From: Felis catus
Taxonomy: Eukaryota
Length of the DNA stretch: 64,000 nucleotides
Assembly: GCF_018350175.1 (NCBI RefSeq)
Contig: NC_058368.1
Location: forward strand, 63,552,001 to 63,616,000
Direction of reading: 5' to 3'
Shown one piece after another: positions 26,016 through 39,328 of the stretch (positions are counted from its first letter, which is position 1; each line of letters begins with the position of its first letter). The notes below the pieces were generated by a model that worked only from the letters and a program-made list of their open reading frames with translations, was not told where the DNA came from and ran no database searches. A program made the position numbers and the translations under genes.

Positions 26016-27471
26016 ATCCTCCTAGAGATATGTAGGGAATAAAGAGGGAGCATAAAGGTGGAAGCTTTGGGAGAAACTAAGCGTTAGGAAGTAGGAGAAA
26101 GGGGAGAAACAGGCAAAACAATAGAGAAACAGATACTGGAGAGCCAGGAGGAGGAGGAGGACAGTGAATTGTCAGGAAAGCTGAAGAAGTTAGAGTCTTC
26201 AGAGAGACGGTGTTTGGCAATGTCAGGTTCAGCAGATATATGCATAAAATTGGCCACTAGGTGTTGGATGAGGGTGATTTATGAACATCAGGAGAGCAGT
26301 TACAAGATGATTTGAGAATATGGACAGAAAAAGGAGAGTGAGGAAAAACTAGAATGATATATAGGAAACAGCTCAGATGGAGTTTTTTCCCCCCAAGATA
26401 GAGAGGATCAGAATACAATTTCTCCTCCAGGAGAGGCTGGCAATTATGTAAAGTGTCCCCAGACACATCCAGAGAGAGAATTGTTCTCTCTTCTCACAAA
26501 ATCTGGATCAAGTGAATTCAAAAGTGGTCAGAGCAAGGGATTTCTCCTCTCTGCCTGAGAGCATGAACTGCTTGTACCTTTTCATATGCAAATATAAAGA
26601 ATTAGGCTGAATGCTAATTAAATTGCAAAGACATTTGTAAAGTACTATCACATCTAGGGATAGTTAATAATAGTTAATAGTTAATGCATGGACCTTATTT
26701 ATAGATAGCAATGATCAAACATAAGATAAGAGGAATCTGTAGATGGAAGAATTAAAGATCAATTACGACAATGGTACACAGCATTGAAAGCTGCTGGAAG
26801 AACTTCCTACACGTTAATCAAAGATAATTATCAATTATGAGGCTTTATCATTAGTAGAGTGTCTACACTTTGCATCTTAAAAAGCTGATGATAATTAGTC
26901 TCTAGTTCTTGCTCTAAGTGCTCATTATGTTCAGAGAGGATTGACTCTTTCCTTTAAAAATGACTTTTAGCTCATGACCTTGGGCAACTTAGATTCTTCT
27001 GTCCCTACACAAGTTGAGATAATGCTCATTTTTTCCATTGTTCAAAAAAAATTGATATTTGCATAAATGCTAAATAATATGAAGAAACCATACAATGAAT
27101 ACAGAGAGGGCAAAAGATTTTAGCTTTGAATCGTTGTTTAATTCAGAGGAGCAGATTTATTATGCTAATTACATCTAAGATGTAACTAATAGATCAGGAA
27201 TTAGTGATGAGCATTTTTCCAATGGAGAAGAATAATAATGTCTATTTACTGAGTGATGATATGAACTAAGAATTGTACATAACACTTCACATGTGTTATC
27301 TCAGTTAACCCTCTCAATAACATCATAACATAGTTATTATACTTTCCCCGCATTTTACATAATAAGGAAAGAAAGTGTCAGAGTGATTTAACAACTTGCC
27401 CAAGATGATACAAATGATGAATAATCATTCTGGAGAATATTTGATACATAGTATTAAAATTCATCTGATCA

Positions 27472-27690
27472 GGGGGCGCTTGGATGGCTTAATTGGTTGA
27501 GTGTCCAACCTCAGCTCAGGGCATCATCTCACGGTTGGTGAGTTTGAGCCCCACATAAGGCTCTGAGTTGGTGGTACAGAGTCTGCTTGAGATTCTCTCT
27601 CTCTCTCTCTCTCTCTCTGCCCCTTTCCCAATTGCGTTCTCTCTCTCTCAAAATAAATAAACTTAAAAAATAATTAAAAAGAAAATAATT
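27472..27690 (+). mobile_element. CAN-SINE
   Basis: 'ggggcgcttggatggcttaattggttgag', (CT)n, aataaa tail. Confidence 0.93.
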
Positions 27691-29376
27691 TAAAAAATTC
27701 ATCTGATCTAAAGGTATTAATATTTAAGATATTGTAATATCAAAAGTTGTAGGAAAACAATTAAGAAAATAATTCTTTAACTCTTGATTAAATAATTAAT
27801 TTGGTGGCAACATTAAAATTTAAAGCTATCCACCTCACATTTTTGTCATAGAAAAGTAAATGATAAGAAGTGAAACAGACGTCGGAGAGTTATTGAAAGT
27901 CAAATGCTTGACGATACAATGATCTATACATAATTTTAGTTGGGAAGTTATAACCTGGTTTTCAAAATGTTTGTTGATGCTATTCCATCCTATGGTGATA
28001 TTTGCCACCTTGAAAATAATATAGAAATTTAGCAATTAAGTTGAAGTTAAAAGGTTGACTGCTGCTTAAAAAATAATCAAAGAATTCTGATCAAATTAAT
28101 GCAGGACACAGGAGAATGTCACACTTACAGAGGGCATGTTCATTCACTAAAGGTGCAGGAAACGCAGAACGTGTACTCACTCGGTGCCTAGAGGGTGGAG
28201 GCAAGCGTGCAGGCTCTGTGACCTCACAAGGCTGCTAACCAGGCAGATAAACACTTGTGGCCACTTCTCACGTTAAGCAACCAGCAATAGACAGGTTTAA
28301 AGTTGGGGTTTTTGTTTTGCAATTCCCGAAAACATTATTTAAGCAGGAATGTTATATATTCCATACAGGTAACAACTGAATTTATTTGTTCACGTGATTG
28401 CCTTTCCTTAAGTATTGGTTTAATTAATGGTGGGATTGAACTTTGAATGTGAGTTTTGCTCTATTTGGAAACCACAAATAGTTGGGGCTGTTTTGAATGG
28501 TGCAAAATATAAATATGAAGATGAGAGAAATGTGTACTGTACCTATTTTCATTATAATGTCTTATAATTTACAGATTTACTATATATCACAACTCTGAAG
28601 GGCACTGTTTTCATATTCTTGAATATAGACTAGAAGAAAGTTATTTAAAGGAATTTGGTTTAATAAACTCATCGAGTGTTCCTGGCTTCTTAGTGTCTTT
28701 ACTAGTACTTTCATTCTTGTTTAGAAAGCAACTAATATTTTTATTTCTCACTAAATTCTCTAAAATAAAGAAATAAAATGTCATTCATCAGAAATTGAGA
28801 CAAAACCTATAACATTAAATACAGTTTAAAATACTTTAGAATTTCCATACAGGAACAATTTATTTATATAATGCCTTTTGTGAAAGAGGTATGTTGTTTT
28901 TGCCTTAAAGCATAATTACTAGGAGATAATGCTGTAAGTGCATCTAATGTATTTCAAAATCATGAACAAATGTGATTAGAAGATGAGAATTTTCAAATTG
29001 GAAATATACATTAGCAGTAAATACATATTTTAGAAAGACTTTGCTGGAAAATGTGTTTCTGATTTCCACGTAAATCTCAATGTAGTGTCTGGTTTTGGGT
29101 ATTTTATGGAATTTCGTACTCTGTTATGAGAATCTCTTGCAGGCAGCTTTTTCTCAATCATTGCTCTGAAACGGGGAAGGCGTTGGGGAGAATCCTTCAA
29201 TTTCCTTCTGGTTACTTGGCAGCAGAAATTCCTTACTGACCTCCAATTTGGCTTCCTTTAGCGGGGCAGCTAGGGGAATAGGGCCTTCATTTGGGAGAGG
29301 TAGAAGGTAGGGCAAGAAAAAAAGTCAGGATTGTTTGGCAATACCTAAGTGAAAGCACATGTATCGGGGATTTTCT

Positions 29377-29965
29377 TGTTCTAACCACCTCCTATTGAGC
29401 CCGTACTTTGAGATGGTCCAACACGTGACAATGGACAGGTAAGATTCACAGCAGCTTATTAGTCACATATACTCATAGTCCAGGGGAAGAGAACACCACA
29501 AAGCACTCAGGGCCCCAGAAGTTGTACCTGAGAGCAGAGTGAACCTGTGGGAAGCAGGCTTGACAGACAGGAGGGTGAGGTGACCTTTGGTTCTCCAGGA
29601 AGGACAAAGGGAGATCTGTTAGGTTGAAGATAAGGTGGGATGGAGCTGGTCTGGCTGTCGGGGGAGTTAGCCAGGGTCAGAGCCTTTCTTGCTGGTGGTG
29701 GGTGGGGAGATCATATCTGGCAACAGCAGAACTCATATCTAAGCCTTTGGGACCCTACAAGGCTCAAAGATGTCGAGGCAACACATGAAATTTTAGTCCT
29801 GACGATACCATTCTCACGACTGAAAGTTTCGTGGAGGAACAAAGGAGGAGCAAGTAGTACCTCAGCCATCTACTGAGGAAGGCGCTTTTGGGGTCAGTGT
29901 CAGAGCCACTTTTGGGTCTCTGGACCTCTATAAAGATGAGATCAAGCTGGCTGTACACAAGGAAC
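29377..29965 (-). mobile_element. Ancient solo LTR (ERVL, MER73/74-like; family uncertain)
   Basis: Reverse strand has 'gagtatatgtgactaataagctgc' polyA-signal region and ends ...gttagaaCA. Confidence 0.45.
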
Positions 29966-30034
29966 AGCATTAAGTACCAGTGCCTTATATGGTAGGTTGA
30001 GTCAAGGAGCCAGAAACAGGGACCTGTTTTGTCA

Positions 30035-30248
30035 GAGGCAATAGGGTGTAATGGCTAAGGGAGTGCAGAACTTGGCATACCTGCCTTACATTTGGGCTCT
30101 TATCAGATCTGTGGCTTCTGGAAGGTTATTTAATCTCTTTGTACTTCTGTTTCCCTATTAGTAACGTAACGTAACTATCTCATGGGGTGGTTGAAATGTT
30201 GAATGAAATAATACCTGTAAGCGCTTAATAAGTATTAGCTATTATTAT
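30035..30248 (+). mobile_element. MIR SINE
   Basis: 'aggttatttaatctctttgtacttctgtttccc...acctgtaagcgctt...tattagctattattatt'. Confidence 0.7.
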
Positions 30249-30712
30249 TGATTGGGTATATAAGTCACCCCAACCAGCTTCTGGAGGTGAGCTAACCAGT
30301 GGCCAGTCTTAGCCTAAAGCAGTAGTCAGGGCTGAGGGTATTGTGATATTATCACCTAAATCACACTAGAGTTCTTCATTTCTCTTGACAAGGTCTTGAC
30401 TTGACACATTTTAAATGGCTACTTAGAGGCTTTGCATTTAGAAGATAAAAAGGTGTGTTTTCCATAATGACCATTTAAAGATTCTCCTGTCTAATGGTAT
30501 TTATTGGTCTTTCAAAAGCAAAACATATGCCTATTAGATAAGAGGCATTCGATAAATGTTTATTGAATAACTTTTGAAAAACGAGACATTATCACTATCA
30601 AAATATGGAAATTCCTCTCTAGCTTCATCCGTAATATTTAGAGGTAAATTGAACAAGATTAGTTTTAGTATGGTATGTAGAGGTTGTTCTAGAATGTTCA
30701 TAGAAAAGGCAC

Positions 30713-30760
30713 TTTGGCATTGCATTCTTTTTTTTTTTTTTTTTTTTGGCATTGCATTCT
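30713..30760 (-). mobile_element. Poly(T)-only insertion flanked by a target-site duplication
   Basis: tttggcattgcattct + T run + tttggcattgcattct. Confidence 0.7.
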
Positions 30761-31479
30761 AGTCAGAAGAAGGAAACTCATCCTGAAAGCTTCACAGCAG
30801 AGCCAGCACATACTGTTTGAGCGCCTGGCATAAGGATACTGCTAGGAAAACCCTTTGAAGCCACTTGGCTTAGCCACTGTGGTGGCAATAGGGAGTAAGA
30901 AGTAGAAACAAATATTTATTTTTTTGTAATTGGGCACATTTAATATGGATTAAATATATTTATTTGCTCATTAGCCCCTACTCCATTTCTCTATATCACT
31001 TCCCACCTACTTGTTTTGTTGAAATAAATGGTAAAAACACAGAGAACTTGCTTGCATGTCTCTATAATCCCTATTATGCACAATGGTTTATTTTTTTACA
31101 TTTAATATGTGTTCAATATTTGTTAGTTGATTAGTTTTCACTGAACCATCAATAATTCTCAGTTGTGTTTGCGATTTTACCCTTGCAAGACAAATTGTTT
31201 CAGAAATTCCAAGTGAGTGAATTGGACCAGGTAATCGCTAAGAATTCTTTTAATGCTAATGCTCTATGATGATCAAATCTATCAAGGAGAGACCTTGGTA
31301 GGGAAAAAAGAAGTTTTGGAAAAACCTGGGGATTTATTACCCTTATATTGACACAGAAGGAATTCTAGTAGAATAAAATTCCATAGATGAAAATTATATA
31401 TAATTATTACTGCAAAATCTGATAAATTAGGAAACTGTCTTTGGTGTTACTGAATGTAACCCAATAGGTTCTTTGGCAC

Positions 31480-31715
31480 TGAGTAGCCGAGAGTCTGAGG
31501 TTAATAGCACCTGTTCTGTATTCCCTGTTTGATTCCTGGCTCTGCTCCTTAACAGCCATGTTGGCCTAGGACAAGCCACTTCACCTCTCTGTTTCCTCAC
31601 CTGTAAAACAACAAAAATAGTAACTACTTTACAGGGTTGTCCTAAAGAGTCAATGAATGAATTGGTATCCATAAAAAGCCCTGAGAATATTGTCTGTCAC
31701 CCACTATACACGTCC
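31480..31715 (+). mobile_element. MIR SINE
   Basis: 'gattcctggctctgctccttaacagccatg...cacttcacctctctgtttcctcacctgtaaaa'. Confidence 0.8.
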
Positions 31716-33078
31716 TCATGGTCATTCTTCTTGTTCTTCTCGTAGATACATATATAGCTGACTTCCAAGCCACCTTTCCATGTTTGGTGTCTAGAGATGA
31801 AGGAATTCATGGGGAAGTTCCCCCCCTGCCCCACTCAGGATACATATATAAAGCTTTGCTTGAAGTCCTTGAATTTAAAAGCAGCTATTTTTTTTTTCAA
31901 TTCTCATCTATTAAGAGAGCTTCTCCAAAAAACACACAAAAAACTACTATTCATGCAATTGATGTCAAAAGCCAAGTGAGCACTATTTTACTGAAGAAGT
32001 ATTTCAGCCATTTCCCTGGAATGGTTTTAAAGCAAGCAATCTACTGCTTGAAAGTGCTGCCTTTGATATCAAATGGTCATTAAAAGTCCCATGACACTTA
32101 ACTACTGCTTAAAATTATTCATCTCTATCTCTTGGCAAGGGTTCAAATTTGAGATTAAATTCCCTTTAAGTGGCAGAGGCATTCATAGTCCCCCCTGCCT
32201 GATGCTTTTAAGTAGTTTTGTTTTACTGGAGGAGTACCACCTTCAGATGCTTGTAGATGAAGAGACACTTGTCACTCACAGGCTTAGCACTGAGTCAATC
32301 ACATTCAGAAAATGCACATGACCCATTGGTTTCTGCTTTCTAATGCATTCTTTCTGTAAGTTGTAAATTGACAAAATTCCTTTGTCATTTTTAAATCACT
32401 TAAAGTCTTCATTTTTCTATCTTTCTTTTTAGAATCTCCCCTAAGCACTCTTATCTTAGAAGTTCTTTGAAAAATGTTTTAAAACAATTCCAGAAGTGAT
32501 AAAGCGCAGAGGGCCCATATGGATACAAAGTAATGAAGTAAAATACGATGCTAAAGGTTGATGAGAGAATAAACTGGACTTTACTGTGATGATAAGAACC
32601 TGATAAGGTCTGAATGTAATTCTTACGACTTCTAAATTCTTTCAGAGAATCATAGCTAATGTTACAGAAAAATGTTCTAAAGTAGTAACATAAACCAATT
32701 CTCATGTACACTCTTAAAACCCTATAAATGCTATCAAGTCTTCAATTGGGATCTCAACTGTAAAGTTTTTGCCTTTTGTACTGTACCTAGATCCCATTTT
32801 GCGCAATTTCGATACAAATTCCCATGTACTGAAGACCTTGACTTATAGTCAAATATTTCATCGTACTTCCAGTTGGTGTTCCTCATTTCTTATCTTCTCT
32901 GAGCCTCTTCCCACATTCGCTCTTTTTTTCATCAGACCGTTGTTCCATGGAAAGGCCTGGGAGAACGCGGCCCCCGTTTCGTTTTGCTTCCTTGCTCCAG
33001 GCAGCGCCGCTCTGAGGTCGGCCCCGCGTGGGCCGGCATTGACAGAGGAAAGGCGGGTGCGGCCTGCGGCCGCGCGCA

Positions 33079-33133
33079 GGGGGCGGGGCGTGGGGCGGAA
33101 CCTGAGGCGGGGCGGAACGTGCAGGGGCGGGGC
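33079..33133 (+). promoter_or_regulatory. GPC5: Cluster of Sp/KLF GC boxes (TATA-less core promoter; G-quadruplex-capable)
   Basis: ggggcggggc, ggggcgtgg, ggggcgga, ggcggggcgg, ggggcggggc in tandem ~400 bp upstream of the ATG. Confidence 0.8.
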
Positions 33134-33523
33134 TTGCCCGCAGAGCGCGGCAGGCGAGCGCGTCTCAGGTTGGCTGCTCCTGGCTGAGCCCGCGGCAACC
33201 CCGGCGGCGGCCAGAGCCAGATGCTCGCGGGCTTTGTGGGCTTCAGGCGTTTTCCTCAGTGGTGCAGCGCCAACTCTCTCCCGCCGGATAGGGAGACCTG
33301 GCGGCGCTCTGCTCGAGAACTCGTATCTCAGCCTCCGAGCTCCTCCGGAGAAAGCCAAGTGCCACCAGGTGAAGCCGGTGTCCCAGAACAGCCCCGGAAC
33401 CTCTGCCGCCAGATTGCACCTTTTGAGAACCGCGACCGCCGAGCGTTTTCCAGCGCTTGCAACGCAAGGCGCGCGGGGACAGTTGGGTCCACTACGTGGG
33501 AAGGGGCGACTAGGACACTGATG

Positions 33524-33686
33524 ATGGATGCACAGACCTGGCGCGCGGGATGTTGCTGTCTCCTCCTTCTGGCTCTCGTTGGGTCTACTCGGAGCGAGGG
33601 CGTGCAGAGCTGCGAAGAAGTTCGGAAACTTTTCCAGTGGCGCCTGGTGGGAGCTGTCAAGGGGCTGCCGGATTCGCCGCGGGCAG
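33524..33686 (+). CDS. GPC5: Glypican-5 coding exon 1 (signal peptide and N-terminus), 163 nt, phase-1 donor
   Basis: MDAQTWRAGCCCLLLLALVGSTRSEGVQSCEEVRKLFQWRLVGAVKGLPDSPRA(G) matches the mammalian GPC5 N-terminus; Kozak ATGatgG; donor CAG|gtaagg. Confidence 0.97.
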
Positions 33687-33906
33687 GTAAGGCGCGGCGG
33701 GCAGGCTCTGGGCGGCGCGCCAGCGCTGGGCGGCGCGCCGGGGCGAGGGCCGGGGGCGTCCTGAGCTCAGAGCCCGCGCTCCTCAAGCCTCTGGGGGTGG
33801 CCCTTCGTGGGAAGATGACCTTTCAGGCACTCCGGCCGGGCAAGGTGAATCCGGGGGAGGCCTCGGGGAGGGGTGAGGGGGTGGTAAGCTCGGCGTGAAC
33901 ATCCCG

Positions 33907-33929
33907 AGCGCAGCGCAGCGCAGCGCAGC
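33907..33929. repeat. Short (CAGCG)n pentamer repeat in the CpG island
   Basis: agcgcagcgcagcgcagcgcagc. Confidence 0.85.
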
Positions 33930-36900
33930 TGCGGGGACACCCAGACTACGCCTGCGGCTAAGCTGGGCTCTGGGCGTTTGCCGCCCGCGCTGGTTCCCGT
34001 AGTCTCTGCTGGTGCGTTGCGAGAGGTCAGCAAAGCTGGGGGCAGAGCGGCCTGCGTTTCTGTTCCGAGTGGGAATTTCACCACTGCCCCGCCGGGGGGC
34101 CTCGGTTTGCTGCTGTCTCCGGTGGACCAAGTTGGCTTGGTAGCTCCAAGTTTGCTACTAAAAATACAAACCGGTGTTCTTCTCCTTTGCTGGAGTATGG
34201 GACATTGAGAAGGGCAGCCGTCTCCTCTTTAATTAGGACTCGGACCCTGTACACCTGCACTGGCGTGACCCTTAGCTGCCTCTGTGCCCTGGCACCGAGC
34301 CCTCCTTGGGGAACCTGCACTAAGTACCCAGTGTGTCTCTCAGACGACTGGGTAGTGTCGACGCCTGAAAGACGTGACGGCAACAGGCGATCAAAACTGA
34401 ATGTATCGGGAAGTCACTAAACATGGATGAGACACATACCAGAGATTGAAGAGGAAAGAATACCTTGAGTGTAGCCAGTGTAGAGTCTGCTTCTTGTAAG
34501 GCTGTTTGCCTGCACCTTTACCCCCTGCTCCCCACCCGTACCGCGCAGATTTCCTTCTGATGCTGGGATTTCCAGTTTACCTTTGGTTTGGAAGATCAGG
34601 TCTTAGTTGTCAAATGCAATAGTAGGTGTCTGAAGCTACGATTTTACTGGAGCAATGCACCCTGCCTATGAAGGCAAGACGCAGACGAGTGCCGTGAGTT
34701 TATGGGTTGAATAAAGAATTTATGGAGGATGCTTGGTTCTAAAATACGTCCCCTGGCTATGTTTTCAGGGTGAAGCGACTTGCTCTTAGCGCTATGGATG
34801 GAACTGTAACTATTTTGCTTTATTGCTTTGCTGTTTGTGAACTCAGTTCTCCCCTCATCCTGCAAGGAAAATCTGGGCATTGGGGAACCCTAAGTCCATT
34901 TTAGTTTACATGGCCAGTCTTTTATATTTGAAATATTTCAAGTATTTTTTGAATGCCTGTTCAGTACAAGGTGCTTTTTCTATACTACTTGAAACAAAAT
35001 AGTTGATATTCTCAGCTTAGGGCAGTTCTTTCCTCAAACAATAGTACCCCCTTATAAGCCCATTCTCGTATTTCAGTGCATTCTTCTTATTAAAAAAAAA
35101 AATAAAAAGCTAAACCTCAGGTATCAGTAGCTAATACCGCTGAAGTGGGTCTTTGTGTTGGTGGAGGGGGATAGGGCGAAGGCATTGAGCTTATGAAACC
35201 GTCACCTGCATTATTAGATGTTGTTCCCCAAATGCCTTAATTTTGGCTGATACGTTCAGGAAACGTTGACAGCTCCCCAGTAAAGGCCTTGATTTCACCG
35301 CCCTTCTTAATGTCTCAGTATTCCTGGTACCTGCTGAATGCAACACATTGATTAGCTGTTACATTCCTAGAACTTTGTGTATTTCATGTCTTTTGAAGAG
35401 GAAGTTTCTAGGGTATCAATCACTGGCATACCTTGTAACGGGGATGTGAGGGGAAACTGAAGCTGTGCCTTATAGAGAAGGAAATGGTGTCCTTATTTGC
35501 ATTTGATACATACATATGACCCCCCCCCCCAAAAAAAAAGAGCCAGGATGGCAAGCACCTTCTTTTCTGAGCCATTCTGGATTGTTTCCCCATTGCTAGT
35601 ACATTTCTTCATCTGTGGCTTAATGAGATGGAGGAATCCTAGCAGTACAGATGCCGGGGGCTGTTCAGGATTACACTCTTGAGGACATCAGTGTTGCTGG
35701 TGGGAAGAAGGGCTAAATTCCTTTCATAATTGCATTAAGAAAAGTCACATGAAAGTATTATTTTGAATTAGAATCATCTTGATTAAAACCATTCTTGTCT
35801 CCAAATTGTTAGCCATTGTTTTATTTGAATAGGTAAATGAAATATTAAACTATTTCTTTTGACATTGCTACTTCTCTCCCGCTATAACAAACTCATTCCC
35901 AAACTGAGTAAAGCACACGTACTACATGCTTCATAACTGCTTTTCCTTATTTTTGTATTTATGTATGATCTGTAACGTTTAGCGTGATTGAGTATAACAG
36001 CTGGGTATCCGATTTTCTAACAGCGTCCTCAAGCTCAAGAGAAAACAATAGTTAATGTAAGTAGTCATTTCCGTGTAAGAATACAAATGTTAATATTCCT
36101 TGTAATAAATGTATTTATTTGGCACATGGGCTTTCACTCACTAAAGCTGGTACATTTCAATTTGATACTCGTTTTTTTTGAAAGTTAATCTTTTTTTAGT
36201 GCTTTCTTCATTTACTGTCCACAAGTGGTTAATTCCTGAGATGTCTAGCCCAAATGCCATTTTTATAATAATAGCAGGTAGAACAGCTTTTTAGTTTCTT
36301 CCTATATTTGCGACTTTTACATCTTCTGAAAACTATGTTACCCAATTTGAAATTATTAAAATGGTGAGAACAGCCATTCAAGTTGTTTCTCAGATTCTCC
36401 TCACCTTTGTTCTTTACTCTGCTCCAATTCTTTTAAGCCTATTGAGCTCCTAAGGATGTTGGATGAGAAATGTAAAAAAGGAGAGAAGATGTAAATGTGA
36501 TTAGAATTACAGATTTCCCTGTGTTCTGATTTTATTTCCTAAGTAGTAGACAAGGTGCCCTTTGCTCTTGTTTATTTTATTCAGAAAAAAAAAAACAACA
36601 ACAAACTTAGTGAAAGTGTCTTTTAAAGGTCCTTTGATTTTCATTTTATTTACTGGGGAGGAGGGATAATGCTTTTACATTGAGATTCTCTTCCCACATG
36701 CATTGTTCACACTTGCATTATTTCCCTGTTTTAAGAAGGTATTTCAGAAAGGAGAAGCTTATAAAAAAATCCAAGACTACCTTCAGGTAATTTATATACC
36801 AACTGGTTTTTGAACAGTGGATGTTCATTGGTACAAGGAGTAGTTTGTGAAAGAACTTTTTCTTGGTAACTTTTGGTTATAAATGGGATAATAAAAATAA

Positions 36901-37169
36901 ACTTGATGTGGCAAAATGAAAATTTAATACTACAGGACACTTTAGTGCTGTGTAGTTTTATTTTTTAAACTGCTTTCATCATGATTTAGTCTTATAATTG
37001 TTTCAGGCACAGTGTTGATTCCTTTTCACACGCAAGAGAAACAATCTACCTGGTAACCTCAGAGTTTGAAATTATAGACATTGGGTTTCAAAACTTGGAT
37101 CTCCCACGTGCAGTTAATTGCTTATCCTTGAACCTCTGTTTTGTCATCTACAAGATGGGAATCTTAGTT

Positions 37170-37368
37170 TTTTTTTTTTTTTTAATGTTTATTTATTTAT
37201 TTTGAGAGAGAGTGAACGTGAGTAGGGGAGGGGCAGAGAGAGTCCCAAGCAAGTTCAGCACTGTCAGTGCAGAGCCCGACTTGGGGCTTAATCCCATGAA
37301 CTTTGAGATCATGACCTGAGCCGAAATCATGAGTCTGACGCTTAGCTGACTGAGCCACCCAGGTGCCC
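37170..37368 (-). mobile_element. CAN-SINE inserted in a MIR (~37050-37480)
   Basis: 14-bp TSD tgggaatcttagtt (37156-37169, 37369-37382); MIR core on both sides. Confidence 0.95.
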
Positions 37369-37689
37369 TGGGAATCTTAGTTCTTGAAGAGTTGTTGCAT
37401 ACACGGAATGAAATAATGTGTGTGTGTGTGTGTATAAGATAGCACAACTCCAGGCACATAGGAAGTGCTCACAAAATGTGTTGTTGTCACTACAGTTTTT
37501 TAATTTAGTGTCATGATTTTAACTAGACTTGGGCTTTAAGGGTGAAATTTTAGTTTTAGATCTCTATGTAACAGAAGATGTTTTTTATATTAACTAGGTT
37601 TTTTTTTTTGGCCACAAATGAGTATTTCTAAAATTGGGAAATACCTTTGTTTTTTAAATAAGATTATTCAGCTATTTTATATCTATGCT

Positions 37690-37714
37690 TATTTTTTTAA
37701 GTTTACTTATTTAT

Positions 37715-37761
<47 letters not shown>

Positions 37762-37905
37762 GAGAGAGCACACTAGCACACATGTGGCTGGGGGAGGGGC
37801 AGAGAGAGAGAGGGAGAGAGAATCCCAAGCAGCAGGGCTCCATTGGTGAGATCAGGACCAGAACTGAACTCAAGACACCTAATGGACTGAGCCACCCGGG
37901 CACCC
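37690..37905 (-). mobile_element. CAN-SINE with internal deletion and long (GA)n
   Basis: Canonical head and tail. Confidence 0.92.
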
Positions 37906-38334
37906 TAGGAAATATATTTCTATTCAAAATGGTATTTATTAGGTTATAGTGACTCTCTTGTTTCTTCTCATGAGCTAATGGAAGCTCTAAGAAAGAAACC
38001 TATCTGAAATGATTTTTATTATGTTATGGAAAACATATCTATATCTATGTATCTATATATCTGTATTTGTATCTATATATTTCCATGAACTAATGGAAAG
38101 TCTAGGAAACAAAACTGTGCTACTGCTGGCTGCAGCACCCCACAGCCACGGACTCCACTACCACGGCCACGGCTCTGCTGTCTGCATTCAGGGAGGTGAA
38201 GTAGTGCACACAGGATGGTTTAAGGATTTATATACTAGATGGCTGGTGGCCATAGTCATTCATGGACAGTAATCTGAAATTAAGACTTGTTTCTCATGAA
38301 TTTAACCTTTTTTTGCTGCTTGAACAACATAGTT

Positions 38335-38895
38335 GTGTTGATAAGATTTCCCAAGCCATAGAAGGAACCCAGGCTCTGATGTTGGGGCAGATTATTAATA
38401 TCCGGATTGCCCCGTGTTGAAGCCCATTCACCAAAACCCACCAGAAACCACCCTGTACTCAAACAAATTTGGCTCGTTTTGCTTGCTGCAGCAAGGACTA
38501 TCACTCATTGTAGGAATCGTGGGTGTCATGGGTAAAGGGCAGCCAGGAAGGGGCTTTTTCTAAGATTTGAGCTTGTGCTGGGTGATCTCATGGATGGTTT
38601 AATGGAGCGGGGCAGTTCAGGAATTGGGTGTCTTGATAACTTGCTTAGGCGTTGGGAAGATGAAGGTGGGGGTAGTCGCCATGATTGAAGAAGCAGCAGT
38701 CAGTCTTGTTGATCAAAAGAGGGGGATGTTCAGTCATTTGTGAGGCTGCAGAGTGTCCCTGTGTCTCTGCTTCTCCACCACAGGTCTCAGGTGGCCCTGT
38801 CTCATCACTGCGGGGTGATTCTGTTCATGTTGTCTGTGTTGGCTTGTAAACATGAACTTAGTTCAAGTGTTAGGGCGGCTTGTCACTTTCTCCTC
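38335..38895 (-). mobile_element. Ancient LTR (ERV1/MER-type; family uncertain)
   Basis: 'ctcaaacaaatttgg...ttgctgcagcaagg' and 'gcagcagtcagtcttgttgatcaaaagagggggatgtt' resemble reverse MER89/90-type LTRs. Confidence 0.4.
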
Positions 38896-39285
38896 TGCAA
38901 AATCTAGTGTATGCTTTGATGGTCATGAGAATCACGTGTTTCATGTTTATCTGGGCCTTTAGTGAAGCATAATGGTAGGACAGTGAGTCTGAGTTTCTAC
39001 TTTAAGGCCACAGAGAATGACTGTGCACTGGGGGCTTGAATTGTGCTAATCACACCGTTGTTCATCATAGTCCTCTTACCAGAAAATATGAGTGTTGTGT
39101 GTGTCCCCATCCTTCCTGCCACATTTTAAGTTCCTTTCTGCCAAGTGTCCAACATCCTGTATTTGTATAATTGGCTTTAGGAGGGGCTCAGTTTGGAGAA
39201 CTTAAGAATAACATTTTATAATTTTTCTATCCTCCCCCATCCACTTTCCAGCTTGTCAAGACTTTCTGGAATATGGATTTTTATC

Positions 39286-39287
<2 letters not shown>

Positions 39288-39325
<38 letters not shown>
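39288..39325. repeat. (TG)n microsatellite
   Basis: Direct reading. Confidence 0.97.

Positions 39326-39328
<3 letters not shown>

Larger units (their letters stand above)
32960..34390. promoter_or_regulatory. GPC5: CpG island spanning the GPC5 promoter, exon 1 and start of intron 1
   Basis: Abrupt GC- and CpG-rich stretch in AT-rich surroundings, containing the first coding exon. Confidence 0.95.

Noticed and set aside
28060..28420. Enhancer-like unique stretch with a CTCF-like 'gcctagagggtgg'
   Set aside because: Several mismatches to the CTCF core; conservation cannot be judged from this sequence alone.
1..32900. miR-17-92 cluster (MIR17HG), the known upstream neighbour of GPC5
   Set aside because: No mature miR-17/18/19/20/92 sequence seen. 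'taagtgcatctaatg' near 28935 is only a short partial resemblance to miR-18 with no hairpin.
33687..33898. Extension of the GPC5 ORF past SPRAG
   Set aside because: Read-through into the intron beyond a strong CAG|gtaagg donor; GPC5 similarity ends there.
32769..34420. Many long overlapping ORFs on both strands (250, 166, 152, 115 aa)
   Set aside because: Expected stop-codon scarcity in a CpG island; Arg/Ala/Gly/Pro-rich with no recognisable domains.
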